Origin: Candidatus Anstonellales archaeon
GTDB taxonomy: Archaea; Micrarchaeota; Micrarchaeia; Anstonellales; J096
DNA: 64,000 nt
NCBI GenBank assembly: GCA_038896535.1
Contig: JAWACY010000001.1
Coordinates: 64,001-128,000 of the forward strand
Direction: 5' to 3'
Made by a program: the position numbers and the translations under genes. A model generated the notes under the pieces. It was not told where the DNA came from. It did not search any database and saw nothing but the letters and a program-made list of their open reading frames with translations. Below, piece after piece: positions 39,419 through 49,651 of the stretch. Within the stretch, counting starts at the first letter, position 1, and every line of letters begins with the position of its first letter.

Positions 39419-40620
39419 TATTCATACCTCAAAGCTTGTGCTGGTTTTAATTTAACTATTTCTGAGCTGGATAAAAAAGCAACAATAATTGATATTATAA
39501 GAACAAAAAAAGCAAAAAACACCAGTATTGGGTAATCTGGAGAGAAAGGAACAAAGCCCTGTAATGAACCAATAATAAAAGCAAGCCCATAACCAAGAAA
39601 TATAGAGATTGAGCATATCATTATTGCTTGCACATATAATATTCTCCTCATCTCATCTATAGTTACGCCTAAAGCTCTTAATGTAGCAATCTCTCTTGTT
39701 TTATCTATGACTGCCATGTAAAAGCTATTTCCAAGATTTATAACGCCAACAATTATAGAAATGGAAGATATTAATATAAAGAATAAATTAACCACTGCTA
39801 TAAGCATGTTCACATTTTCATTTATAACATCTGCTGTTATTATAGTATAACCTTTTAGCCTATCACTCATTTTATTTTTGGCCAATACAGAATCAATTTG
39901 CTCTGATATTGCTTTTATATTGTTGCTATTTCCTGCTTTTACTATTATTATGCTGAATTCATTATTTTTCACAGCATCACTCAAAACCTGCCTAGCATCA
40001 TCTATGTTTAATATTAACCTATCATCCAAGGATTGCAAAAAAGAACCTGAAGGCTTTAATATGCCAACAATAACAAATGTCTTATTATTTATCTTAATTG
40101 TTTTTCCTACATCTATGCTTTGCTCTTTAAAAAGTTGCGTTATTCTTGCCCCAACCACAACTTCTCCTTTATTAATTAACCATCTGCCCCTTTCTACTTC
40201 TATGTTTGGTATTATATCAATATCCTCCTTATACATGCCGACTACATTTAATATTTTTACTTCACCAAGATAAGAAACATTTGTTAAACCTCCAATAAAA
40301 CCAGAAACCTTTGATATGCCATTAATTAATTTTATTCCATTTATATCCTTAGCATTAAAACTCTCTCTAATTGGTATTATGTTTGTTCTTCTTGCAGAAG
40401 TTAATATATTACCAGAAACTTGAGTGGGCACTATAACAATAAGGTCTGTGCCAAATTGGAATGCTGTTTTTTGTATTTGCTGATTTATACCATTTGAGAT
40501 GCCAGTCAAAAAAAACACACTGAACATACCTATTGCTATTGCAATAATACTCAGCATAGTCCTTAATTTTTGACTTAAAAGGGAATTATAGGCATATTTA
40601 AATATTATTATTATGTTCAT
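39418..40620 (-). CDS. ABC transporter permease (MacB/FtsX type)
   Basis: Paralogous layout: RT.L....I.IG, REIATLRALG, P..ALRYE. Confidence 0.88.
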   Translation of the reverse strand: MNIIIIFKYAYNSLLSQKLRTMLSIIAIAIGMFSVFFLTGISNGINQQIQKTAFQFGTDLIVIVPTQVSGNILTSARRTNIIPIRESFNAKDINGIKLINGISKVSGFIGGLTNVSYLGEVKILNVVGMYKEDIDIIPNIEVERGRWLINKGEVVVGARITQLFKEQSIDVGKTIKINNKTFVIVGILKPSGSFLQSLDDRLILNIDDARQVLSDAVKNNEFSIIIVKAGNSNNIKAISEQIDSVLAKNKMSDRLKGYTIITADVINENVNMLIAVVNLFFILISSISIIVGVINLGNSFYMAVIDKTREIATLRALGVTIDEMRRILYVQAIMICSISIFLGYGLAFIIGSLQGFVPFSPDYPILVFFAFFVLIISIIVAFLSSSEIVKLKPAQALRYE

Positions 40621-42086
40621 TTTTTCTTCCTTAAAAACAGCATATAGCCAATTCCTATTAATATTATGACTAAAGCAATTATTAACAGATCATTATTCTG
40701 CTTTTGGGTTTCTTTTTTTATGTTTATCTGAAATTCTCTTGCTTCGCTTATCAGCCTATTAGATGGGTCTAAATAAGAAACATTTAATGTTATTTTTCCC
40801 TGGCCCTCTTTTTTAGGCACAACATAAACCTGCCTTGTTGTAAAATCATCTGGGTCAAATGAACCAAAAAATATTGTATCTGTTAAATCTTGCACATCAA
40901 GTTCATCTGATAAAATTTTGACGCTTACGCCAGATATTTTATAACCTGCTTTATTACTAATTGTTATTGATAAAGAATGCCTATTTCCAACAATAAGAGG
41001 GACTGGATTAGCATTAATGAACACATCAACTGCATCTTTACTTCTTATGTTTATTGGTATATTTATTATTTCTCTCTTTTGTATCCCGTCTTGCTTCCAA
41101 GAAATAACGAATGGAACTAGCTTTTGCCCTGGTTCAAGCGTTACAAACACATCGATAGAAGCTGTTTTTGTTTCATTTTGCTTTATTGAATCAACCCTAA
41201 TTTGATTTTGGGATTCGAAAATAACGCCTGAGCCATCAAATGGCTCTATTGACATATCATTTATTTCTCCTCCTATATTGCTTATTTCAAACTCTAAATT
41301 TGAGCTTTCTTTATAAAGCAATTCTTTTTTCTGCTTTATTATAAAGCCTGTTTCCCATCCAACAACTGTTAGGGGGATTGTTCTATTCTTTATTTCTATA
41401 TCATCAACTGCGTTCTTTATTTTTAATGTAAAAATAATATTATTCACTCCTTCCTGCAAGTTTGATGCGTCATATGTAACATTTTTACTTTTGCAACTAA
41501 CGAGATTATCAAAAATAACATCATTCATAGATAAATTACTTGATGATACAAAAACTTGTTTAACAGTTCCTTTTTGAGGACAGACTTCAATATTTAGTTG
41601 CCCCTGCTTTTTTATATTTGTAGGATTCACATTAATATCAACAACTGGCTTAGTGAGAACTTTGATTGGTATATAGATAACTGTATTACTTGGCTCAGAG
41701 CCTATACCTCCAATTCTTTCAATTATCGCTCTTGAATTTATTCTTATTTCTATTGTATAAATACCCTCAGAAGAATATGCTGCTTTGAATGGTATAACAT
41801 ATGTCACAACACCAGGCTGCACTCTGCCTATATCTATTGTTTTACTAAACAAGCCAGCAATCACATCAAATGAAGTTAGCTCAAATCCAATCAAGTTTTC
41901 ATCTTTTGCTATTATATGGGTGTAATTAACATTTAATGTTATTACGCCATTTTCCCCCGGCTCATATGAATCTTTATCCAAGCTATATGATAAAGCATTG
42001 ATAGCAAAGTAGCAATTTACATTTAATAAAAATAATAAGAGCAGGGCATTGATAATGCCAATTGTATTCCTTTTCAATGTTTTCAT
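40617..42086 (-). CDS. COG1361-like S-layer-domain protein with C-terminal TM anchor
   Basis: Signal peptide, beta-rich Ig-like repeats, C-terminal TM plus basic tail; usual position inside this ABC operon type. Confidence 0.7.
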   Translation of the reverse strand: MKTLKRNTIGIINALLLLFLLNVNCYFAINALSYSLDKDSYEPGENGVITLNVNYTHIIAKDENLIGFELTSFDVIAGLFSKTIDIGRVQPGVVTYVIPFKAAYSSEGIYTIEIRINSRAIIERIGGIGSEPSNTVIYIPIKVLTKPVVDINVNPTNIKKQGQLNIEVCPQKGTVKQVFVSSSNLSMNDVIFDNLVSCKSKNVTYDASNLQEGVNNIIFTLKIKNAVDDIEIKNRTIPLTVVGWETGFIIKQKKELLYKESSNLEFEISNIGGEINDMSIEPFDGSGVIFESQNQIRVDSIKQNETKTASIDVFVTLEPGQKLVPFVISWKQDGIQKREIINIPINIRSKDAVDVFINANPVPLIVGNRHSLSITISNKAGYKISGVSVKILSDELDVQDLTDTIFFGSFDPDDFTTRQVYVVPKKEGQGKITLNVSYLDPSNRLISEAREFQINIKKETQKQNNDLLIIALVIILIGIGYMLFLRKKK

Positions 42087-42117
42087 TTTTTCACCGAATA
42101 TGATTTTATCATAACAT

Positions 42118-42834
42118 TTATAATAAATTTCTGTTCCTTATTTTCTTGATTTTTCTCCCATCAGTATGGTTTATAATCATACCATCATGTATATTAAAAA
42201 TTTTATCTGATTCTTCTGCTATTTCTGGGTCATGCGTGACAATAACAAATGTAACGCCTTCCTTATTTAATTCATCAAAAATTTTTATAATTTCATGCCC
42301 TGTCTTTGTATCTAAATTGCCTGTTGGTTCATCCGCAAATATGATCTTTGGATTCATAGATAAGGCCCTTGCTATTGCCACCCTTTGTTGCTGCCCGCCA
42401 CTCAATTTATTTACCTTTGTATATATCTTTTCTTCAAGCCCGACCCTTCTCAAAAGCTCAGCTGCTCTTTTTTCTGCTTTTTCATAATCTACATCATTTA
42501 TTAGCATTGGCAACATGACATTCTCAATAGATGTAAATGAATTTATAAGATTGAATGACTGGAATACAAATCCAATTTTATGCCCTCTTATTTTTGATAT
42601 GGCATCATCTCCCATATCAGCAACATCAATGCCATCAACATAAACTTTGCCAGAACTTGGATAATCAAGCAACCCCATGATATGCAACAATGTGCTTTTC
42701 CCGCTTCCAGATGGCCCAAAAATTGAAATAAAATCTCTTTCATAAATTGTCAATGAAACACCTTTTAGTGCAAAAGTCCCATCATCATAAATTTTCTTTA
42801 CATTTTCAAGCTTTATTATTTCTTTTCTTTTCAT
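42118..42834 (-). CDS. ABC transporter ATP-binding protein (LolD/MacB type)
   Basis: GPSGSGKST, LSGGQQQRV, ADEPTGNLD, VTHD. Confidence 0.95.
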   Translation of the reverse strand: MKRKEIIKLENVKKIYDDGTFALKGVSLTIYERDFISIFGPSGSGKSTLLHIMGLLDYPSSGKVYVDGIDVADMGDDAISKIRGHKIGFVFQSFNLINSFTSIENVMLPMLINDVDYEKAEKRAAELLRRVGLEEKIYTKVNKLSGGQQQRVAIARALSMNPKIIFADEPTGNLDTKTGHEIIKIFDELNKEGVTFVIVTHDPEIAEESDKIFNIHDGMIINHTDGRKIKKIRNRNLL

Positions 42835-42843
42835 TTACAACAC

Positions 42844-45800
42844 CTAATTAAAAAAATCTCCCATGCCCTTTTGCTTTATTTTATCGTCCTCAAAAAGGCT
42901 TTTTATCTCATTCTTTATTAAAGCTAGCCTTTGCTTCATGTAGTTTGAAAGTGAGTAGGTCTCTGATAATAATATGGCATTATCAAGATATTTTTCTATT
43001 CCTCCTCTATGTATTGTTAAAGTTATATTCCCATTGCAGTTATGGCATTTTCCTTTTATTGGTATTCTTCTATACCTTTTATTACATCCAGTACATCTAA
43101 ATGACTGTTTTGAGAACTTTCTCAAATTTCCATAAATATCAGGTATGAAATGACTCAATATGAGTTTCTCCAATGCATCTTTTAAATCAACTGCCCTTAT
43201 TATTTTCATTACTTTTATCTCTTCTTCTGCTTTTTCTGGAATTGTTTTAAGCTCAATATATTTTGTTCTTATTGGCCCCTTATCTAAATAAGCACCATCA
43301 TGAGTAAACATAAGGCCAAAGAACTGCTCCTTTTTCCCTAATCTTGATGAAACACTTTCATAGTCATTCATATTTACATGCTCTTGCTTGAATGCTTTTT
43401 CATAAAACTTAAAATCATATGAACTGCATATATCCATGCTATGAACTTCATCATCAACCTCTTGTGGGTCTATATTTATGTTCATTATTAATGGTGAATC
43501 CATAGTTCCTCCTCTTGAAGCGAGTAGGTATGTTTTAGAAAAATTAAGCAAGCCATCCATTAAAAGGAATATGCTGTCTTCATCTCCATCGCAATTTCTC
43601 CTTCTAGCACATATTAAGTATGGATGGCAATAGCAAACTCTTGCCTTTGTAAATCCTATTATTCTTGCAATATTCCCTGCTGATGTATGCGGGCTTAATG
43701 TTATGACAAGCTTGCCTATTAAGTCATAAATTGAGTTTGCATTGTAATATGGCTTTTCCCCATATAATTTTACTAACTCTTCATCAATAAATTTAGCAGC
43801 ATTCAGCATATGTTTTGCTACATCCTGATTTATAATGATATCCTGTATTTTCAGCTCCAATATCTGATTTTCATTTTCCAGTTCATTGCCATATATATCT
43901 TTTGTATATCCCAATTCCTTTAATTTATCTATGCCTATACCAGCATCGCCAGCATAAAAATGCGTTAAGGCAACATTTGTTGCATCAAACCTTATAGTGC
44001 CATCCCTAAATACATAAAGCCCATATGCTGCTCTTAAAAGGCCTTTTTCCAGCCTCTCTGGTATTTTTTCTTTGCTCATCAATCCTTGAACGCCATTTAT
44101 ATTATTTATTTTATGCCCGACTTTTGCAATTGCATTATCAAAGATCTCAACAAAATTTATATCAGCATGTTTATCATCTGTTTGCTTGGCAATAGAATCG
44201 CAAAATGGACATTTATTGTATGGCACTTGCTTTTTGCATGCTGTGCAATAAAAGCACTTTATCTCAAACTTTCCTTTTCCGCCATTGGTTTTTAATGTAT
44301 TATAAAGTTTTTTCAAGCTCCTTGCAGTTTCACCTGTTGGAAAAATAACATTTGGCTTGCCTTCCATAATTCTTATGCTTGCTTTTTCTGGCCTGCCAAG
44401 CCTTGCCCCTATAAATGACCCGGCTTTATCTTTTATTTCAAAACCAAGCAAATAGGATAAACCATCAAGTATGCCTTTCTCATTTATTGCATTTACAAAT
44501 TCTTGTCTGTCAAAACATAAAATTGTATTCTCTATTACAAAAGCGTTATCACCTTTTATTATTACTTCATTGTTCTCTTTATTGACATCATGCTCTATGC
44601 CAATTAATTCAAGGCATCTCTTTGCATCGCTGCTCAATAAAGCTTTTATGTCATTTCCAACTTTTTCTCCTTTTGTTTTTAGCTCATCATAAAGAGCTAT
44701 AATCTGCTCTTTTGTCAAAGCAGTCCAAAAAAATAATGCAATAGGATGGAGCGGAACCTTATAAGTTTTAGATATCTCAAACGCTTCTTTTGCATTGCCG
44801 GGCTTTTTTATATTCAGGCCTTTGCTTTTTATCTCTGCTTCCCATATCTCTTCGACATATCCCGGCTTAAGCAATTGCATGTTTGTCTTTACAAAATCTC
44901 CTACACTAACAAGAATATCTCCGAGATAAATAATCTCTTCTATATCATCTTTCAACTTTAATGCCTGGGCATAATCGTTAAGCTTTCTAACACTGCCGTC
45001 CTTTAATTTCACTATAGGCCCATCTATACTTGAACATGCTGTTATTACACTACTTTTTCCTGGCTTTTCTATTTTTAACTGCGTTCCATAAGCAATAAAA
45101 TTATTTAATACTGCCATTGTTGCAGGATTTACTGCTTTTGCCATTATGCCAGTTGTAAATGTTCTACCATACCTTAATCTAAAACCACCATTTGCGCTTG
45201 GATATGAAAAAACTGGCCTACCTATGACAAGGCCATCTAAATATATGTCTGCTTTCTCTTCAGCGCTTTTTATTGGGGCAAGTGATTTGATAAAATTCCA
45301 ATGAGAGAGGCCAAGCTTTGAAGTATATTTATATACTTTTGCAGATTTTTGCAATAGCCCCTCACATATTACCAATGGAACGCCTCCCCTTATCCTATTT
45401 GTTTTTATCCTTGGATGGTCTCTATTAACTGACACTTCAATTTCTTCTGTTGGCTCGCCATCTATGCAGACTGGGCAATTTTCAAGCAGTTTTCTTATAT
45501 GCTCTTCTGGTGGGTAATACTGCAACCTTGCTTTTGCAACATCATATATCTGTATTTCTTCAATTACTCTTTCTATCTCCTTTTCATCTGCTCTAAATGA
45601 CTCTATATTAAAGCATTGCCTGACTATATCTGCAAGCACAACAGTAAGGGCAGTTGCTGTTCCGCCAGCCCCTCTTATCGGCCCAGCATAATAAACTGCT
45701 ATATAATGTTTGCCATTATATTTATCTATTTTAACTTTTGCAATGCCCTCTGTTGGGGCAACAAGCACACCTTCTGTTAAAATTGCTGTCCCGACCCTTA

Positions 45801-46098
45801 TTGCTATGTCAGCAAGTTCTTCAATGTTATTGCGCTTTATTACCTCTCCTTTGCATATTTCCTTCACAATCTCAAATGCTATTTCATCTCTTTTCATGCC
45901 TTGTTTTTCTTTTTCTCTTATATAGGAAGCAATGCCTTTTAGCTCAAGCAATCCTTCAACTCTGCTTGCTATGTCATTTGCTTTTGCTATTTCAACATAT
46001 GGCTTTGGATCAAAGCCTTTTCTTCTCGCTCTCTCTGCTATTGCATATGCATTTTCAACTTCATTCTTTATTGATGAAAAATATCTATCTATCTCCAT
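42844..46098 (-). CDS. polC: DNA polymerase D large subunit DP2, intein-free
   Basis: G.DP, EGVLVAPTEGI, GGFRLRYGR, RRNCDGDED catalytic motif, Zn fingers. Confidence 0.97.
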   Translation of the reverse strand: MEIDRYFSSIKNEVENAYAIAERARRKGFDPKPYVEIAKANDIASRVEGLLELKGIASYIREKEKQGMKRDEIAFEIVKEICKGEVIKRNNIEELADIAIRVGTAILTEGVLVAPTEGIAKVKIDKYNGKHYIAVYYAGPIRGAGGTATALTVVLADIVRQCFNIESFRADEKEIERVIEEIQIYDVAKARLQYYPPEEHIRKLLENCPVCIDGEPTEEIEVSVNRDHPRIKTNRIRGGVPLVICEGLLQKSAKVYKYTSKLGLSHWNFIKSLAPIKSAEEKADIYLDGLVIGRPVFSYPSANGGFRLRYGRTFTTGIMAKAVNPATMAVLNNFIAYGTQLKIEKPGKSSVITACSSIDGPIVKLKDGSVRKLNDYAQALKLKDDIEEIIYLGDILVSVGDFVKTNMQLLKPGYVEEIWEAEIKSKGLNIKKPGNAKEAFEISKTYKVPLHPIALFFWTALTKEQIIALYDELKTKGEKVGNDIKALLSSDAKRCLELIGIEHDVNKENNEVIIKGDNAFVIENTILCFDRQEFVNAINEKGILDGLSYLLGFEIKDKAGSFIGARLGRPEKASIRIMEGKPNVIFPTGETARSLKKLYNTLKTNGGKGKFEIKCFYCTACKKQVPYNKCPFCDSIAKQTDDKHADINFVEIFDNAIAKVGHKINNINGVQGLMSKEKIPERLEKGLLRAAYGLYVFRDGTIRFDATNVALTHFYAGDAGIGIDKLKELGYTKDIYGNELENENQILELKIQDIIINQDVAKHMLNAAKFIDEELVKLYGEKPYYNANSIYDLIGKLVITLSPHTSAGNIARIIGFTKARVCYCHPYLICARRRNCDGDEDSIFLLMDGLLNFSKTYLLASRGGTMDSPLIMNINIDPQEVDDEVHSMDICSSYDFKFYEKAFKQEHVNMNDYESVSSRLGKKEQFFGLMFTHDGAYLDKGPIRTKYIELKTIPEKAEEEIKVMKIIRAVDLKDALEKLILSHFIPDIYGNLRKFSKQSFRCTGCNKRYRRIPIKGKCHNCNGNITLTIHRGGIEKYLDNAILLSETYSLSNYMKQRLALIKNEIKSLFEDDKIKQKGMGDFFN

Positions 46099-47509
46099 GC
46101 AGATCCCATAAAGAAAATTTCATTGTTTTTAATTCAAGTATTGGTATCTTTCCAGGAGTCGGCAAATGCCCTTGTTTAAGCTGATACGCTGTCCTGTCTT
46201 GGAATGTTCCAGAATTAACTAAAAATGTTGAAAAATATTTACTTATATCTGTTCTATGGAGATGGCCAGCATGGTAAACATTTGGTATTTTGTCAATAAC
46301 AAGATAATCGAATTCTTCTGGCACAATTGGGTTAATGCCATATATAGGGCTAAGATGCCTCCTTTTTAATTGTTCCTTCATTGCCTCAGCAACATTGATG
46401 TAATTAAGCCCTTTTATATTTGCTATTAAAGAATCTAATGAAGTGCCATGATATATTAAATGGCATATGCCCTCAATATCAACATATGCTGGATTACCTA
46501 CAAAATAGGCTTTTATTGGTAATAGCTTTTTATCTATTGCTGGAGATGGCTCAGCCCTTCTTACTGCATCGTGATTACCTGGACTTATTATGATTTCTAC
46601 ATAATCTGGCAATTGCTCAAGAAATGCCTGTAAATACTCATATTGCTTATATATATCTTTTATTTCAAGGTCCTGCTCTTGATTTGGATAAATCCCTATG
46701 CCATCAACTAAATCACCGGCTATTACTACATATTTTATTTTGCCTGCTAATTCATCTTTTGGATTTCTTATGTTATTTATAAATTTAATTAGCAGGTCAG
46801 AAAGCATTATCTTACTGCCTGCATGAATATCTGATATGTAGGCTATTGCAACATCGCTCTCTATTAAAGGCCATCTGGCATGATCATATGTTGGCCTATC
46901 AAAATCTTTTACAATGAAAAACTTCCCTGGTTTACAATAAAATCTTAAAACCTCATCAGGCACAATTGTTTTAGCATCTTCAAATATTTCACTCTCCTTA
47001 TTTATTATTAGTGTTACTTCCTGTTCTTCATCTTCAGCAGTAATTATAATATTTCCATTCTTTGTTTCTCTTTTTTCAGTAACAATGGCTATAAAAGATA
47101 TATTATCATTTATTTTTTCAGCGTTTTTTATAGTTGTATCAATATAATCATGCCTTTTGTTTTTCAAAAAAACGCTGAGCCTTTGTATCCTGCTTTTAAA
47201 ATATCTAGAAAAATCTTTAACAGTATTTCTTGTCCTGCTCTTGCCAGTTATATCCCTATCTTTATCTGGCTCAACTTTTGGGCTATATTCTTTTGCTTTT
47301 GGTATTTTTGACTGCCTTATTACCCTTACTTCAGTTTCTTTATCTTTTTCGCTTATTTTTCTAACTGCTTCTATTATTTTAACTTCGTTTTCAATTAATT
47401 CTTTATCAACTATAAACAAATCCCTATTTTTTAATCTCTTCTCTATACTCTGCCTTAAGTTCTCATCTAGCGAATTAATGTATGAAAGCGCATCTGCTGT
47501 ATATCTCAT
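46085..47509 (-). CDS. DNA polymerase D small (proofreading) subunit DP1
   Basis: OB fold, then SDIH.GS, GDLVDGIG.YP.Q, PGNHD, YHG, RRHL.P, GH.H, NSGTFQ. Confidence 0.95.
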   Translation of the reverse strand: MRYTADALSYINSLDENLRQSIEKRLKNRDLFIVDKELIENEVKIIEAVRKISEKDKETEVRVIRQSKIPKAKEYSPKVEPDKDRDITGKSRTRNTVKDFSRYFKSRIQRLSVFLKNKRHDYIDTTIKNAEKINDNISFIAIVTEKRETKNGNIIITAEDEEQEVTLIINKESEIFEDAKTIVPDEVLRFYCKPGKFFIVKDFDRPTYDHARWPLIESDVAIAYISDIHAGSKIMLSDLLIKFINNIRNPKDELAGKIKYVVIAGDLVDGIGIYPNQEQDLEIKDIYKQYEYLQAFLEQLPDYVEIIISPGNHDAVRRAEPSPAIDKKLLPIKAYFVGNPAYVDIEGICHLIYHGTSLDSLIANIKGLNYINVAEAMKEQLKRRHLSPIYGINPIVPEEFDYLVIDKIPNVYHAGHLHRTDISKYFSTFLVNSGTFQDRTAYQLKQGHLPTPGKIPILELKTMKFSLWDLHGDR

Positions 47510-47751
47510 ATTTTCACTGATTCAAGAGCAGACAAAATATTGAATAATTTAACTCTTATATGAGTTGGTATGTTTGGATCATCTGTTATTTTTTGTATTG
47601 CATAAACTGCTGCTGAAACTCTTAAATTCATATCTTGTTTATCATCAACCAAATATTTTTTTGCCTCATCAAGTGTATTTCTCACATTCCTGGGGCACAT
47701 TGCATCTTCTTCTGTATCTTTAATTAAAAATATCACGTCTTCTATGCTCAT
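47506..47751 (-). CDS. UPF0147 family protein
   Basis: D...PRN.R, DDPNIP.H.R..L..I.S.LE. Confidence 0.87.
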   Translation of the reverse strand: MSIEDVIFLIKDTEEDAMCPRNVRNTLDEAKKYLVDDKQDMNLRVSAAVYAIQKITDDPNIPTHIRVKLFNILSALESVKI

Positions 47752-47949
47752 TTAACCACCTCTAAAAAGAGCTTTAATTAAAAATATTATTAGCAGGTTT
47801 TTTAAAATTAATCAGTTTTTTCATTATGCCTATGTTTATCTGACACATAAATAAGCCCAAAACATATAAGTATGTTAAAAATCTAGCTGATAAAAAAGCA
47901 GTTTAATAACCAATTTACCCACCAAGCCAATAACATGAATCAGATATTT

Positions 47950-48231
47950 GTAAGAAGGCGGTGTATAAGCCAATTTGCCTTCTTCCCCAAGCGTATAATA
48001 GGGGCTGGAAGATTGTAAGAAGGCGTGTGTATAAGTTAATTTGCCTTCTTACTACAGGGAATAATAGGGGCAGGATGTTTGTAAGAAGGCGTGTGTATAA
48101 GGGTATTGCCTTCTTACCAAAGGGGATAATAGGGGCGGGAAGATTGTAAGAAGGCATGTTTAATAGGGTGAGCGCCTTCTTACCGGGAAGATTGTAAGAA
48201 GGCGTGTGTATAAGTTAATTTGCCTTCTTAC
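47950..48231. repeat. Array of 5 palindromic units (GTAAGAAGGC-N17/18-GCCTTCTTAC), period 65-66 bp with one shortened to 48 bp, directly 3' of tRNA-Lys(CTT)
   Basis: Left arms at 47950, 48015, 48081, 48146, 48194; right arms at 47977, 48043, 48108, 48174, 48222. Confidence 0.95.
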
Positions 48232-48233
48232 TA

Positions 48234-48307
48234 CGGGTCTGGAGGGATTTGAACCCTCGACACTCCGGTTAAGAGCCGGATGCTCTACCAAGCTGAGCTA
48301 CAGACCC
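48234..48307 (-). tRNA. tRNA-Lys(CTT)
   Basis: Reverse complement folds as a cloverleaf with TCCGG-CTCTTAA-CCGGA anticodon arm. Confidence 0.96.
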
Positions 48308-48368
48308 TTATAAACATTTATTTAAAAAACATTTTATAATATTAACACATTTAAAATATAGATAAAGA

Positions 48369-48441
48369 AGCCCCGTCGTCTAGTGGTCAAGGATGCCAGG
48401 CTTTGGCCCTGGAGACCCAGGTTCGAATCCTGGCGGGGCTG
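48369..48441 (+). tRNA. tRNA-Gln(TTG)
   Basis: AGCCCCG/CGGGGCT acceptor stem (A1-U72, typical of archaeal tRNA-Gln), CCAGG-CTTTGGC-CCTGG anticodon arm, GGTTCGAATCC. Confidence 0.95.
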
Positions 48442-48442
48442 T

Positions 48443-49525
48443 ATGCTTGACTTTATACTTGGTATAATTGCTGGCATTTTAATGGCATTAACGCCGGGAT
48501 TGCATATAAATCTTATAAAAGATATAGCATTAACAGATAATTTTTTGATAGCTGCTGCTGGGGCGTTTTTAATATTCAATATAATACAAATATTCGTTTT
48601 TTATACCTCAATACCAGAAGAAATTGCTGGCTTACCTTTAATTGTTAAGCTCTCAAAGAAATACTCACAAAAGGCAATAATAATTTACCATGCATTAGGC
48701 GCTCTTTTTGGTATAGTTTTTGCCTATCTATTTTACAATGATGGCATGATACAAAGTATTTATAACATAATAAAACCTTATTTTGCCTATATCCTTATAT
48801 TAGCTTCTTTATTATTAATAGTAAAAAGCAAAAATAGAAAAATTTTTGCAACATTTTTTATTATTTCTGGCTTGCTTGGCTTTGCTGTTTTTTCATCTGT
48901 TGATAAAGAGCCTTTTCTGCCTTTATTCTCTGGCTTATTCTCATTGCCTTTATTATTAATCAAGAAAAAACAAAATCAGGAAAAAGAATGGCATGAGAAG
49001 AATAGTAAAATCAATATTTTTGAAATATTTTTTTCTTCTCTTGTAGGGTCATTTTTGGGTTTTATAGCAATCTTACTTCCTTCAATAAGTTCACCATCAG
49101 TAATATCAATGCTTATCCTACCAGCAATAAATAATATAACTTATATCTCTATTTTATCCTCAATAACAAGTTCGCAATATTTATATGGCATGCATTCATT
49201 AACAGAAATAAACAAACCAAGGATTGGCTGGATATCAGGGCTCAAAAGTATAAATATAGAGCTATTGATAGTTTCTTGTTTTATATCTTCTATATTAATA
49301 TTCTTGTTTTTAAATAAAATAAAATTACTGAATTCATTTTATTCTCTTAGGCCTTTGGCAATATTTTATATTATTTTATTAACTCTTTTGTTGTCTGGAA
49401 TAGCTGGCATAGTAGCACTTTTTTCCTCTGCTGTATTTGGCCTTTTTGCTGCAACAAAGGATGTGGAAAAAACATCTTTACTTGGTTGCTTAACATTACC
49501 GACAATTATGAACTTCTTATTTTAA
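48443..49525 (+). CDS. TctA/DUF112-like integral membrane protein
   Basis: G...G....L.PGLH.N and P.FSGLF motifs; the ORF-track start (48383) lies inside tRNA-Gln, so ATG 48443 is preferred. Confidence 0.78.
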   Translation: MLDFILGIIAGILMALTPGLHINLIKDIALTDNFLIAAAGAFLIFNIIQIFVFYTSIPEEIAGLPLIVKLSKKYSQKAIIIYHALGALFGIVFAYLFYNDGMIQSIYNIIKPYFAYILILASLLLIVKSKNRKIFATFFIISGLLGFAVFSSVDKEPFLPLFSGLFSLPLLLIKKKQNQEKEWHEKNSKINIFEIFFSSLVGSFLGFIAILLPSISSPSVISMLILPAINNITYISILSSITSSQYLYGMHSLTEINKPRIGWISGLKSINIELLIVSCFISSILIFLFLNKIKLLNSFYSLRPLAIFYIILLTLLLSGIAGIVALFSSAVFGLFAATKDVEKTSLLGCLTLPTIMNFLF

Positions 49526-49651
49526 TTAACTTTACAATGATTATTTTATTTCTCTTTGTTTGCTTGGTTTTGCTTATATCTTTTTTGCTTATATCATTTT
49601 TACTTTATCAAGTTATAAGGCAAGAGATTTATTTATAATAATATATAGTTC

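Noticed and set aside
47915..48157. ORFs 47915-48157 (-) and 47961-48149 (+)
   Set aside because: Translations of the DNA repeat on both strands; no protein-like features.
47950..48231. ORB/oriC boxes or Xer dif sites
   Set aside because: The G-run lies on the wrong side of CTGGAA for an ORB and no cdc6/orc1 is adjacent. The 17-18-nt spacing does not fit the 6-8-nt core of tyrosine-recombinase sites. The same unit occurs at other tRNAs.
48334..48579. ORF 48334-48579 (-) and the 48383 start of the TctA-like ORF
   Set aside because: Both overlap tRNA-Gln; the real CDS most likely starts at 48443.
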